Of a stretch of DNA of 64,000 nt, positions 50,056 through 63,351 are shown one piece after another. A model generated the notes under the pieces. That model had not been told where the DNA came from and did not search any database. It saw only the letters and a list, made by a program, of their open reading frames with translations. The DNA lies in the NCBI GenBank assembly GCA_038496445.1, contig JALMLS010000441.1, positions 1 through 64,000 of the forward strand, in the 5' to 3' direction. The position numbers were made by a program, and so were the translations under genes. Each line of letters starts with the position of its first letter. The first letter of the stretch is position 1. The DNA comes from Trichosphaerium sp. ATCC 40318. Its lineage: Eukaryota > Protista > Tubulinea.

Positions 50056-50689
50056 AACTCAAAATAAAACTATCAACATATTAATTTTGTGTTGGCATTG
50101 TTTCTACCTACGTCGAACCCTTTTATGTTGGTGTTTGCTTTATTATATTGGGCCATTTAATAGAGGATTTGTTGACTCCATCATTGACAATGGTTAATCT
50201 CTTACGTAGTTCTCAAGCTCGCTATGCTATGACATTATTTCATGCAAATGTCAAGTTGATAATACGACATTTATTTTAGTAGGACTAACACTCGTAAGAG
50301 AATTTCACGTGCAAAACCAGCTCTGTGCTAACGTCAACTACTGTCCATTGCGTTCTGTTGTTAAAAATAGTTGCCAACAACTTTGAACAGGTTTTGTTTT
50401 GGTCTAAACTGAAGCCCGTTCTTGTGGTCTTGAAGAACGCTTCTACCGGTTAGTCTGACAATCATATTTCTGATGATATCGCTGCAAGAACCTTTCTAAC
50501 GTTAGTGTACCACCAAACATACCTGTACAACGAACAGAATTCCGATGAACGCCAAGAAGCTCTTTTTTTATGGTCGTTTGGCAAACATGTTCTCCAGTGG
50601 ACTAATTGCGCGTAGGAGCTTGTTTTGTATTAGATAATAACCTCATTTGTGCTTATTTACGCGGATTATACAGGAATTGTAGTTTTTAT

Positions 50690-50941
50690 TTAAGAATATC
50701 GGTGTCTACGCCTTATTACTGCGTATTGTCGTCTGCAACTTCTTTCGCAGGTCAAAGTATGACATGCATAGGCGTCTTCAGGAGATGAATATTTTAAACA
50801 CTGAATGCGTGAACAGCTACATCCTCGTAAACACCGTTGTTTTGGTGTTTCTTCCTGCCACCAAAACTTGAAACACCCTGAAGCAACAGATATGCAAGCA
50901 AGAATAACTAAGAGAGCTAAGAGAGTACGTATTGCAGCCAT
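50690..50941 (-). CDS. Small secreted cysteine-rich cationic peptide
   Basis: Signal peptide MAAIRTLLALLVILACISVASG. The ~61-aa mature part has 8 Cys (two CxxxC) and the tail RRRHRYS. Confidence 0.7.
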   Translation of the reverse strand: MAAIRTLLALLVILACISVASGCFKFWWQEETPKQRCLRGCSCSRIQCLKYSSPEDAYACHTLTCERSCRRQYAVIRRRHRYS

Positions 50942-51747
50942 TGCTATAGCAGTCAAGAAAAAGAAGTTGCAATTACTTGTTTTGACGAGTAGACACTAAA
51001 ACGGGAAGTGGTTTCTTCTTTTGAGTCCAACTAATTGATTGAGCTACTAAACCGTGTAAAGTACTGAGGAGGTTCTAAGTTTTTGACGTATTTACAACGT
51101 TTTGCAATGGCAACCATCCAGATAAACGCTTCTGTCCCTATACAGACTTTCCTTGCGTAGGATAGCCTATTAAAACTATTTGCACGCGTTTTAAGGCCCT
51201 TGTGAGCGAGAGGTAAAAAGTCGAAGTTACTGCGCGTTTGCTTGCGTACAGGCGCCAAAAGAATGACACTAAACAACGTATGTATTACTCACGTAAACTC
51301 GTCTTACCTTTTAAACTTATGTAGCATGAAACTCTCGCTGTACTAGCTGAGTTTGTTTTAGAGAATTTTTCGCTAAGCAGTTGAATGTGCTATGGTGTAA
51401 GCACTATATGCTTTGAATCTACACAGAAAGTATGAGAGCGTAATATAAACCTGTAGCCGTGTAAAAAAATAAATACGTTTTACTGTTTTTATGGTATGAC
51501 GTTATTGTAAGATGTGAAAATCTTCTCGCTAGGTCTTTATTGTTCATCATTTATACCTTGAAAGTGTATAAAGAGTACTATTGCATTGAACCTGAGTGTG
51601 CACACTAAAATGATAGTTGTGGCTCCGCTAAAAACGTCAAGTTCCGCTTATTGATCTTGATTAGGGATATAAAACCGAGTTAAACGCTTTTCATTTGTTG
51701 TAGGGCACTTTTTCTAAAAATGTTTACAGTGTTTTTCCTCTTTCTAA

Positions 51748-51846
51748 CTTATGCAACATCCCAAACAGCCAAAAATGACACATACATACTACACGCGCAT
51801 GTTGAATACAATACATCATTTTTGGCTGTTTGGGATGTTGCATAAG
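51748..51846. other. Perfect 31-bp inverted repeat with a 37-nt loop
   Basis: cttatgcaacatcccaaacagccaaaaatga (51748-51778) is the exact reverse complement of 51816-51846. Confidence 0.95.
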
Positions 51847-52847
51847 ATAGTGAACAAAATTGTTTTATAAACAGCGTTGTTTGACCTAACCTCAGGGATA
51901 AGTAGTACATCACTGTTTAAGCGGATTTGGCCTATTCATTCGACGGAAAAAGGTGTTGATGCTCTTAAATAAGGAATTACAAGTTCCTTTTTTGCTGAAA
52001 AGATCACGGCACATATTTTCTATGATAATTGTGTATAATGTACTTATTGTGCATATCAGTTTCGATCTTCCTGTTGAAATACAAACCTTAAACTATCATA
52101 TACGGCAGTTTCAGGCGAGTAGCTGACTGCTGTGTTACTGACACATTTTTTACTTTTTCATCAACTGCTTAGAGAAAAATTCTCTATTTCTTCAATAACA
52201 CGTGGAAAACTTTTTTGGCTTTGCTACAGTTTCTCACCGCCATGTTTTTCTGTCTATTTTACTGAACTCGTGCTTTGTAGTCATCACAATACATTTAGTA
52301 GCTCTGCTTTTATCTATGACAACCCACCCATATTTTGGGCGTGAAGTAATAGCTACTCAAAAAAGAATGTCGTGATATATTGTCACGTGCACAAAAGGAA
52401 CCGGTTCGTAACGTACGCTTACGTTAACGCAGGTATCGCGAGACACTTTACGTGAATATTTTTGTGTTTCTACATTCTACCTTCTTTATTGCGACTGCGC
52501 GTCCTTTTAATAATACAGGAGGAATGGAATGGGTAAATCTGCGAAGAGTGATTGCGCTACAACTGCGCGTAACTGTGAAAATACTACAAACCAGGATTAA
52601 TATCTTGTAGGACATACGAATATCCGTTAATTAGTTGGTTAAAGCTACAACGGGAGGAAAATAATCGTGTTGCTGTAACAAATCAGTAAAATAGACCGTG
52701 ATACTACCTTTGGACTCTCATTCTTTTTAATCAGAAGCACAAAACCAGAACCGTAACGCGAGCACAATAACAGTTCAACGAAAAACCGGAGGTCAAGTCA
52801 CGCCGCTTAATATTGTTTTACGATAACTTCAAGAGTGACAACACGTC

Positions 52848-55800
52848 ATGGCAGAACCACAGCGTGAAGAAACTCAAGATCCAAATGGTTGAAAATAACG
52901 CTTTTTTTATAATGTTGGTAACAATAACATTTATTCATAGTTGAGTGGAATATGTGGCATCCAATTATCTGCGAAAATGAACTGACCGCAATTGAACTTG
53001 TGTGGTTTTTTGCAGGTATGCAATATGTGGTAAGCATAGTTAACCAGTTGTAGTAAGAAATGGCTATGGAGAAATTGTTTCATCGCTTATTAAAGTGAAC
53101 ATAAATGTTGATGTTGTAAATTCTAGCAGAAAGACAGCTTTAATTTATGCTGGTAATGTCACATATGGAATACAGCGTGGGTTTACTAACATTACTATGT
53201 AGCCTGTAAAAAAGATTATAAAATTGTATCAATGCTAATCAAGGCCGGAGCAAATATTGAGGCTGTTGATGAATATGGAAACACAGCTTTGATTAGGGCG
53301 GGTAATACCATTGAGATACAAAATACAACTTGATACCACTCACACTATTAGTAAACAATGGAGATAATAAAACTGTATCAGTGTTAATCAAGGCTGGAGC
53401 AAATATTGAGGCTGTTGATGAATATGGATACACAGCTTTAATTTATGCAGGTAATACATATTGAATACAAACATGTTCGCTTACATCACTATTTAGCCAG
53501 TAAGGGACATTATGAAACTGTATCAGTATTAATCAATGCTGAAGCAAATATTGAGGCTGTTGAAATAGATGGAAACACAGGTTTGATGAGGGCAGGTAAT
53601 AGCATTGAGATACAAACATGTTTGCTCACATTACTATTTAGCCGAATTGAACCAATATGAAACTGTATCACTATTAATTAATACTGGAGCAAATATTGAT
53701 GCTGTTGATAAATATGGAAACACAGGTTTGATTCATGCGGGTAATAGCATTGAGATACAAACATGTTCGCTTACATTACTATTTAGCCAAAATGGGACAT
53801 TATAGAATTGTATCACTATTAATTAATGCTGGAGCAAATATTGACACTGTTGATGAAGATGGAAACACAGCTTTGATGAGTGCAGGTAATGCCACATATG
53901 GAATACAGCATGGGTTTACTAGCATTACTATGTAGTTTGGGAAAATCATGATAAAATTGTATCAATGCTAATTAAGGCTGGAGCAAATATTGAGGCTGTT
54001 GATGAATATGGAAACACAGCTTTGATTAGGGCGGGTAATACCATTGAGATACAAAATACAACTTGATACCACTCACACTATTAGTAAACAATGGAGATAA
54101 TAAAACTGTATCAGTGTTAATCAAGGCTGGAGCAAATATTGAGGCTGTTGATGAAAATGGATACACAGCTTTGATTCAAGCAGGTAATAGCATTGAGATA
54201 CAAACATGTTTGCTCACATTACTATTTAGCCAGTAAGGGACGTTATGAAACTGTATCAGTATTAATTAATGCTGGGGCAAATATTGAGGCTGTTGATAAA
54301 AATGGATACACAGGTTTGATGAGGGCAGGTAATAGCATTGAGATACAAACATGTTTGCTCACATTACTATTTAGCCAAAATGGGATGTTATGAAACTGTA
54401 TCAGTATTAATTAATGCTGGAGCAAATATTGACACTGTTGATAAAGATGGAAACACAGTTTTGATGAGTGCAGGTAATGCCACATATGGAATACAGCATG
54501 GGTTTACTAGCATTACTATGTAGTTTGGAGAAACCATGATAAAATTGTATCAATGCTAATCAAGGCTGGAGCAAATATTGAGGCTGTTGATAAATATGAA
54601 TTCACAGCTTTGATTAGGGCAGGTAATAGTATTGAGATACAAACATGTTCGCTTACATCACTATTTAGCCAATAAGGGACATTATGAAATTGTATCAGTA
54701 TTAATTAATGCTGGAGCAAATGTTGACGCTGTTGAAATAGATGGAAACACAGCTTTGATGAGGGGAGGTAATAGTATTGAGATACAAACATGTTTGCTTA
54801 CATTACTATTTAGCAAAAATGGGACATTATGGAATTGTATCACTATTAATTAATGCTGGAGCAAATATTGACGCTGTTGATAAAGATGAAAACACAACTT
54901 TGATTTGGGGAGGTAATAGCATTGAGATACAAACATGTTCGCTTACATTACTATTTAGCCAATATGGGACATTATAAAACTGTATCACTATTAATTAATA
55001 CTGGAGCAAATATTGACGCTGTTGATATTAATGGAAACACAGCTTTTATGTGTGCAGGTAATGTCATTATATAAGATACAACATGTTTGCTCAAGAGAGG
55101 ATTAGCACACAAAGGAGACAAAAAAATCATGTCAATGTTAATCTATGCTTATGCAAAAATTTACACAGTTGGTGAAGATAGAAACAATGCTAATTCGGGT
55201 ACTGTACTCAATCAAAAAGTAAACCATCATTATTTGCCTTAACTGTTTTTTGGTAGTTATATCACCAGACAACACAATGTGGCAAGACTTACTTTTTTTG
55301 TTATTTAAGCAACTAATTTCAAATGCTCTTGGATCTGTTGTAGCATTTGTAACTTTTTTACAATACTGTCCAAGTGGTAAAGAATGCAAAGTAATGTGGA
55401 AATCTTGTTTGTCAAACGTATACTTGGCTTCTGATAAACAAACGCTTTTTGAACATATTAAGCAATGGCTTCCATACTTGGTATGCCACTATGGAACAAT
55501 ATGTTAGTTCTTACTAATCATACAACATTTAGCCAACACGGTCTTATTTTAAACTGGCAATGGAAAAAGGCATTTGTTATTTAATTGGTTATATTTATAT
55601 AGCCAGATACAGCTATGATAATGTACCTTTACCACAAATCATTAAGCTAACTGGTTTATCAGGGATTATTTTGGAAACAAGATGGCCTATTAATGCATGG
55701 TATCTTTAGAGATATGCCTGATGACACATGGGACAAAAACCTGGATGGGCAGTTTTTTACATATCGCAATCATCTATCATTTATCACAGGTACAACAAGT

Positions 55801-57576
55801 TACTGTCTTACAAATACTAAAAAATATAAGAATTAAAACATGAAAACGGATGGGATCTTAATCCACAATTGTATTTTGCACATTCTTGGGACAGATCTAA
55901 AAGCATGTACGTCTGTTCAATGTGCCATTGTGGGTATCTTTATTTATTTGAAAAGAGGAATTATTACAAAAGCGACTCACTATAGAACATTAAATCTTCT
56001 TGATGAAAATGACAAAGTTGCTGTCAGAGAATTGAAAATCCTACAGCAAGATATGTCAAAAATGCATGGTTATGACAAATACAATATTGTTGAAGCGACT
56101 CTTGTTTACAATGAAATCTTGACAGAAAACTTTGGTCGATCCAACAAAATACTAAAGCATAGGCATCAGTACGTTTTTTTGTAGTTTATTTAGTCCTTAC
56201 ATATTTTAGAGAACTGCCTGCATTTTTTAAAAAGCAAGATTGGAAAAAAGATGGCAACAAAAAGTACAAAGAGAGCGTTTTCATTAAATACAATGCCATA
56301 CCCACTCAGGAATATGAAAGTACATACAATACAGACTATTTAAAAGAAGACAATACAGAAGGACAGGTGGTGTTCATCAACGATATCTTACTCTCACACC
56401 TGTTTAGTTACCAGTGATATTGATGGTTCACGGAACAAGTGAAAAAGCAGCTTACAGTATTGTAAAGGCTGGTTTTGGAACTGTGAGTGCTTTGGATTCT
56501 GGATACTATGGTCAAGGCATCTATTTTACAGTATGCAAAAAACAGTCACATTCCATTGCTGATTCCACTATAGCGGAGTATAAAATATGCGTGTTCATAT
56601 GACACTGGAGGAACCAAAGAAAAAACAGTTATTTTGAGTCTTGTCACTCCTGGCAACGTATACCCTGTACATTAACAAAAGTTTATCATGTTCTTTATTA
56701 ATTGATGACTATAAAAAAGGTAAAACCAACCGACAAGTTAAGAGGACAACCGATAAAACCAGGCTACCAAAGTCATTACACATTGGTTGATCACAAAGGT
56801 AGACCTGTCACAGAAGATAAAGTTACTAGTGCAGTGTATGATGAACTTGTTGTCGGACAAGGTACACCCAAAGAAGAATGTAACGATCATAAACTAACGC
56901 TATGCAATCAGATACTCAAGCTGTTGCTCGCTATGTTCTCAAACTACTACCAAAAGAGCAGAGTAAGAAAAGAATCAAAACAAAAAAAACCAAGAAAGGA
57001 GATAAAAAACCAAAGAAAGGGGATAAAGTTTCAGAGCTAGTTGGTGGTTCCGATGATCTTTCAGATGATGAAGAAAATTTTCACAATAGTAGCAGGTAAT
57101 CTATTTCTTTTCTTGTTCTTACTTATTGACTTACCAGGAAATTGTGGGCTGCCCGCGATTTGGACACAACTGATGACCAACAATCAAGTACCAATAATGT
57201 AAATCTCGAACTAGAGTCTTCACAAAAAACACAATGTGAAATCGAGAAACTAAAGAAAATCAACGTAAATATGAAGGAACTTCATGAGAATATACATGCA
57301 AGGCAACAACAAGATATAGCCAGCTTAGACCAAGACAATATCATCTTACAAAGAAACGTCAATCACCATCAAAAAGAAAATGCCAACTTATCTCAAATTA
57401 TCAACACCCTAAAGCAAGATAATTCGAGCCAGCAACAAGAAATTACCAACTTATCACAAATTATCAACACCCTAAAGCAAGATAATTCAACTCAGCAACA
57501 AGAAATTATCAACTTATCACAAACCGTCACTACCCTACTTGCCAAAATAGCCCACCTTGAAGGTAGCAAGAAGTAG
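52848..57576 (+). CDS. Ankyrin-repeat + PARP-type ADP-ribosyltransferase + coiled coil (paralogue B)
   Basis: ATG 52848. Fourteen 99-nt ankyrin exons plus one degenerate exon (~53054-55198). Linker shared with paralogue A (WLxYL/PTRSYFKLA; KATHYRxL..MSKMHGYD). ART: MVHGT, DSGYYGQGIYFT, LVTPGNVYP, GYQSHY, YDELVV. 21-aa coiled-coil repeats; TAG at 57574-57576. Confidence 0.9.
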
Positions 57577-58071
57577 CTCCAATGTACAAGCATCCCGTAG
57601 CACAAATAAACATTTCCTTTACTTATTGTACTCTTTATTTGCACATGTTAAAAAGATGATGTAAATGTTGCTGTGTGCATCAATTTCAATGTGCCTCTGT
57701 TATGACCCAACAATTATTAGAGGTTATATCATTGTCCAGATGAACTTTGTAATAGTAAGTTCTGCTTTAACTGGCGCTTCTGTGCTTTATGTGTCTAACG
57801 GTGGTTGCTGCACTACTAGATCAATTATCAATCCCTTATCATTTTATCTTGTGTTGTAGGATCACGTGGGAATGAATAAAACAGATCACAAACTGGAGTT
57901 AACAGTAGCAACAGCACTTATTAAGAGCGCCTAACACAGTGCTGTACTAATACATGAGCTAGCTGGTAAACATTGCTCACAAAGTCAAATCAATATCCGC
58001 GATGTGAATTCAGCTAATATGACTTTTGCTTGAACAATAAGAGTCCAAGTCACAACAAAACCAACCCTGAG

Positions 58072-58925
58072 ATGGCCGCTAATGGAAACGATTCTAGCCT
58101 TATTGATATCATGCCTCTAGAGCTGCTATGCGCTATTTTTACTCAAATGGCATCAAATAAGACTCGCTGTACTGCAGGACAATGTTGTAGGCTTTTTTCT
58201 ACTATAATACACGATTATGTTGGCTATTACGCAGTTAGAGTTACAGAACAAAATTGTAGGCAAATTATACCTTGTAAGGCTATCATACGTCATTCTATGA
58301 TAAGATTTTACGATTTGGCTCCTATATTTCTATTCACTGGTTTAAAAAAAGTGCGTTTTTCTTATGGTAGTGGATCACGTGTCACGGACGAGATTGTTCG
58401 ATGCTTAACAGGGGTTCACACTATTAATATAACATCTTGTCGGTTGATAAGTGGCAAAAGTCTGAAGGCATTCCGTGGCGCACATACTGTTATTCTTCAA
58501 GGATCATGTGATTTCAATGGCAAAGGAAAAACTACTTCAAAGGTGTTCACACCCTTAGATTAGGTTTTTATCCAAGGCCTACCTACTCTGGTCGTTGGAT
58601 AGCTTCACTAGCAGGTATACATACATTGGACATTGGCCTATCAGTGAGTAGTATTGGTATTAAAAACGAACATATAGCAGCACTTGCTGGTATCTCGGAA
58701 CTGGTTTTGTCAGGTGCTTCATTCTTGACTGATGAGGGTATAATACCTTTGAAAGGTATTAAGATATTACGTATTAGTAACTGTAGTGTTACTGCAAAAG
58801 GTATTCATTGGTTACTACCTGAGCTTAAGGTTTTTGACATCTATGAGTGTGATACTATTTCTAAAGAAGAATTTAAAGATATCTTAACTAAAATGTTAAC
58901 CTACAAAGAACAACGTACGGACTGA
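58072..58925 (+). pseudogene. Intronless F-box + LRR gene interrupted by a single-base frameshift (pseudogene or sequencing error)
   Basis: LIDIMPLELLCAIF (F-box) and LTGVHTINITSC LRRs. After GGAAAAAC (~58525-58532) the repeat continues in another frame (NYFKGVHTLRLG..LAGIHTLDIG) into ORF 58626-58925. Confidence 0.75.
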
Positions 58926-59396
58926 CTCTTGACAAGCTTTGTGATATCACAATCAAACATAGGAATTAGTTTGTGTTATTTTTGATGAATATAGTGACTG
59001 TAAATAGAGAAAATTAATAAATAAACACTGGGAAGGAACATTTCCGAAAAGTTATTTTCTTACTTATGCTATCGATTTCCCCTTTCAATTACCTGAGAAA
59101 GAACTGTGATTCATGTAAATTAATAGCCACTGTAGCGTCCTACTAATTAAGAACAGCGAAGTATGCGTACATGGGCATTGTAAAAAGTAATTGAAAAAAA
59201 AAAGCATTCAAAATCTCGAAATGTTGTTCTAGCCTAAGAAACTTTGTCGTGTTTTTAAACGACTAAGCTACATGCATTAGCAAACGCGGTACCTGAGTGA
59301 TGTAAAACCTGTCACAACAGGTTTTCGATTCACAACAGATAAGCTAGCTTTCACATGTATTTCTTTGTTCACGGTTAGTTAATAATCGCACGTAGA

Positions 59397-61292
59397 ATGT
59401 TGTACACGGCCATAATTTTCTCTGTATGCGCTATTGTATTCATGTATTGGCTGTTTCAACGTAAAACAGATATTCCAGGACCAAAAGGATATCCTCTTAT
59501 TGGTAGCTTATTAGATGTAATAAAATCACCTGAAAACCGACTTGATTTATTCGAAGAGGCACGTTTAAAAAAACAATTTTCAATCAAAACCCACGTGATA
59601 TTTTTTTTTTGACATTCTATGTTAGTGGCGGCAAAAATATGGAGATGTTTATCAAGTTAGCGTGTTTGGAAAGAAAATGGTGTTCATTTCTGATTTTGAA
59701 GATATGAGGACTGTACTGAAGCATAAAAACATCTTTATATCAGACATAGTGTCAAACCCAAGAGCAGTGGAGGTTCGGCTTGAAAGTATCTTTTTTTTTT
59801 TTGGTTTTTTGATTTTTACCACGCACGTGCTTTTGATCTGAATCGATACTAGTCACTTAAGCTTGATCTTTCTTTGGGACTTCAAAAGGGTCATAACTGG
59901 AAGGTGATGAGAAAGTTGGTAGCCCCTGGTTTTACGAATAAATACTTGAGATCCAAGTTTGATGGGATTTTGCATGTGCTTGCATCACAGACATATGAAC
60001 TTGAGAGCTTTGCAAAGAGCGGTGAATGTATAGTTGATCCTTATAAGTTTACATCAAGAATGACTCTTGGCGTTATATCTCAATTACTTTTTAAGATAGA
60101 CAAGTTTGAAGGTAAGCTCTTTTCATAGTATTTATTATTTTGAAAATCTCAAAAAAAAAGATGAACAGAAAGAGCGTCAGTTGCTTGATGCTTTTGGAGC
60201 ATTATTGGTTGTTCTTGTAAGAAGAGACTCGTTTGCTTTTGATTATTGGAAAATACCTTTATTGGTGCCAAAGGTACCAATATTAAACGGCTTTTTGGAA
60301 CAGTCTCTGACAACTTGAAAACAAGGAGGAAAAAGCCTTTATGCATTCAATGGACAATGTTGTCATTCCTTTCATTAAGCAAGTCATGGAGAAAGCAGAA
60401 AATAACCTAAAGATTCCTGGATACAAACCTCAAAATATAGTAGAGGTACTCGAAATACAACACCAGAAGCTAACAAATTAAATTTTTTTAGGAAATGCTT
60501 GTTGAAAAAGATGGAGAAATATGGACTTCTGAAAGCATTTTGTCTAATATTCTTGGTATCTATCTTGCAGGAGTTGAAACAACTGCTTCTGTGATGGTTT
60601 CTGTGATGTATGTTTTGTGCAAATATCCTGAGTTTCAGGACATCATCTACAACGAGGTTGAACCAATGATGAAGAAAGAAAATCCCGATTTCGCTGATTT
60701 TATGAATAACACAAAACTCCTGAACTTTGTGAAAGAAGTACTTCGTCTATACGGACCTATACTCTTGTTATTCAGAAAACCGATAAAACCATATAAATTA
60801 CAATCAAAACATGGGAGTACGACTTATAAACTTTCGCCAAAAATTCTCTTTTTTTTCTTACCTTATATTTTTTAACACGTGGGTTTTTCTGTAGCGTTTG
60901 AGATTCCTGCAGGCGCTAATGTAATTCTTAATACTCAATCTGGTTACCAAGATGAAACTAACTATGTAGATGCTAAGATTTTCAACCCAGATAGATACAA
61001 TAGCCCAGGTAAGATAACAACCTCGTTGCATTTCGTTTTTTTCAAAAAAGACAGAAACAGAAATCTAACCTTGTTAGGAGTCACTCCGTACTTTGGGTTT
61101 GGCGGTGTTCCCCGCATTTGTCCAGGCCAGCATTTGGCTATTATAGAGTTAGCAATACTATCTGCAGTGATGTGTTATCACTTCCGTATATCACCTGCAC
61201 CTGGATGCATTCTAGAAGACGTAAAGTTTGTTTCAAAGCCTGCAGTAAGATGCAAAGGTCTTTCAGTGCAACTATCAATGCGTCAAGTATAA
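59397..61292 (+). CDS. Cytochrome P450 (membrane-anchored)
   Basis: N-terminal TM segment + PGPKGYPLIG; I-helix LAGVETT; KEVLRL (ExxR); FNPDRY; haem motif FGGVPRICPG. Confidence 0.95.
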
Positions 61293-61780
61293 AAATACAT
61301 ATTTAACAATGTATTAATAAAACATACACAAAGGGGGTACTCCTAAATGAAGTTACCGGGCTGGCGATTGATAAAAGCCTGAAAATTGGGTAGAAAACAA
61401 TTAAAAAAGGTATTCACATTGAGTACCTCTGTTGTGATCGATAGTTAAAGACTAGGTTTGGTAGAGATATGTGGGATGCAGTCAAAGCAGAGTCTTGAAT
61501 CTATTTAAAACGCGTTTCAAAGCTGCATAGTGTGCCGCGGCGTAACAAACTTCAAGGATTTAACATTAACTGACACTGAATAGAATAACGATAGTACGAT
61601 CCACTCTTGCGGGTGCTACACGCAAAGAAATACATCCTATGTAAGTTAGAACCCCCGAAATGGTCAGATTTTTAAACAAGATTTACGTAGCATAATATCA
61701 CGTGATAATCATACAAAACAACTAAACACACGTGAAATACGCGTCGACACACATTGAAATTTCGATAAAAATACAAAACA

Positions 61781-62998
61781 ATGCAATCTGTAGACACCCT
61801 CATACACCTTCCAATAGAACTATTAGTGCGTATTCTTAGCTACAATCTAGACGTAGACATGGACTCTATATCATGTGTTTGTCGTTTGTTGTCGATTATC
61901 GCCGATCAACACATCCAATACATCTCAACTCGTTACATAAGGTTAAAAACAAAGACAGACGTTTACAGACTTTTACTGTACCCACGATTACTCACAAAGG
62001 CAAGAATAACATGCTACCCGTCCATATCGAACAGAAGACTATTAAAACTATCAGGTGTACGTAATATAGCTTTAAGGAGAGCTAGTAGAATCACAGATAA
62101 GGGTCTATCTGCGCTCTTGGGAGTACATTGCATAGATTTATCCGGTTGTCATTCGATCACAGGTGAAGGGTTTAAAGCGTTATCTGGAGTACATACAATA
62201 AAACTCAGTGACTGTCGTCGTATCACAGATGAAGGTTTATCCTATCTGTCTGGAGTTTATTATATTGACTTGTCGGATACCTTTGTTTCTGATAAAGGAA
62301 TTCAAGCGTTACAAGGTGTTCACACAATAAACTTGTCAATGTGCTCAAGAATAACCGATAAGGGAATATCTTATCTATCAGGTGTTCACACTATAAGTCT
62401 CAAGTATACAAAGGCAGGTGATGTTGGGATCAAATCGCTTTCTGGTGTACATGCCATTGATTTAGAAGACTGTGAGAATATTACAGATGAAGGTATTAAA
62501 TCATTGGCTGGTGTTCATACAATTAACTTACAGTACACTCATGCTACTGATGATAGTATTAAATGTCTTTCTGGTGTTTATAGTATAAAGTTAAGTGAAA
62601 CGGAAGTAACAGATGAAGGTTTAAAATCGCTCTCTGGCGTTCACACTATTTGGTTGGTAGATTGTAAAAATATCACAAATCTTGGTGTTAGAGCTTTAGC
62701 TGGTGCTCATACAATTAATCTTCAGTATTGTCATCAAATAACTGACTCTGGTATTGTACCTCTTGCGGGTGTACATACTATAGGATTATCGGCAACCAAT
62801 GTTACAGATAGAGGCGTAAAAGCTCTTGTTGGTGCTCATACTATTTATTTAGGTCAAACAAAAGTCACCAATGAAGGTGTTGAAGCACTTGCAAAAGAAG
62901 CTGATACAATATCATTACATAATTGTCGTGGAGTAAATGCACTTGGTGTTAGAGTTATATCTAAGGCTTTTTTACAAAGAAGATTGGTAGGGTTGTAA
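61781..62998 (+). CDS. Intronless F-box + leucine-rich-repeat protein
   Basis: LIHLPIELLVRILSY (F-box), then ~14 repeats of LSGVHTIxLxxCxxITDxGxxx; single 405-aa ORF. Confidence 0.92.
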   Translation: MQSVDTLIHLPIELLVRILSYNLDVDMDSISCVCRLLSIIADQHIQYISTRYIRLKTKTDVYRLLLYPRLLTKARITCYPSISNRRLLKLSGVRNIALRRASRITDKGLSALLGVHCIDLSGCHSITGEGFKALSGVHTIKLSDCRRITDEGLSYLSGVYYIDLSDTFVSDKGIQALQGVHTINLSMCSRITDKGISYLSGVHTISLKYTKAGDVGIKSLSGVHAIDLEDCENITDEGIKSLAGVHTINLQYTHATDDSIKCLSGVYSIKLSETEVTDEGLKSLSGVHTIWLVDCKNITNLGVRALAGAHTINLQYCHQITDSGIVPLAGVHTIGLSATNVTDRGVKALVGAHTIYLGQTKVTNEGVEALAKEADTISLHNCRGVNALGVRVISKAFLQRRLVGL

Positions 62999-63351
62999 GC
63001 GAAAAGACATTTTTCAAACACCTTTGTCAGTGTTCTATTAATAAAAATACTTCAATGTTAATCCACCTGTCACTGGCCACTCAAACTTTTTTCCAACCTC
63101 ACATACAACATTTTTAAGAGCTTAAATTCACCAGGGCAATATGTGTCCCTCGTATACAGGACTTGAAGTCTCCACTGTTTGTTGATTAGGCACGCTTGTT
63201 TTATTTTCTAATGACATTGATTCGATTCATTACAAACACAAAAACGGTTGACAGCAGCATTGACTTATGCATTCATTCCTTGCTGTTGAGGAACTAGGTG
63301 TGGAAATAGTGTAAAAAGCATCGATTTATTTTGACGCCTTATCTTGTTTTT

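Noticed and set aside
53445-54977. Repeated small ORFs beginning MRYKHV..
   Set aside because: These are translations through the repeated introns of the ankyrin exons, not separate genes.
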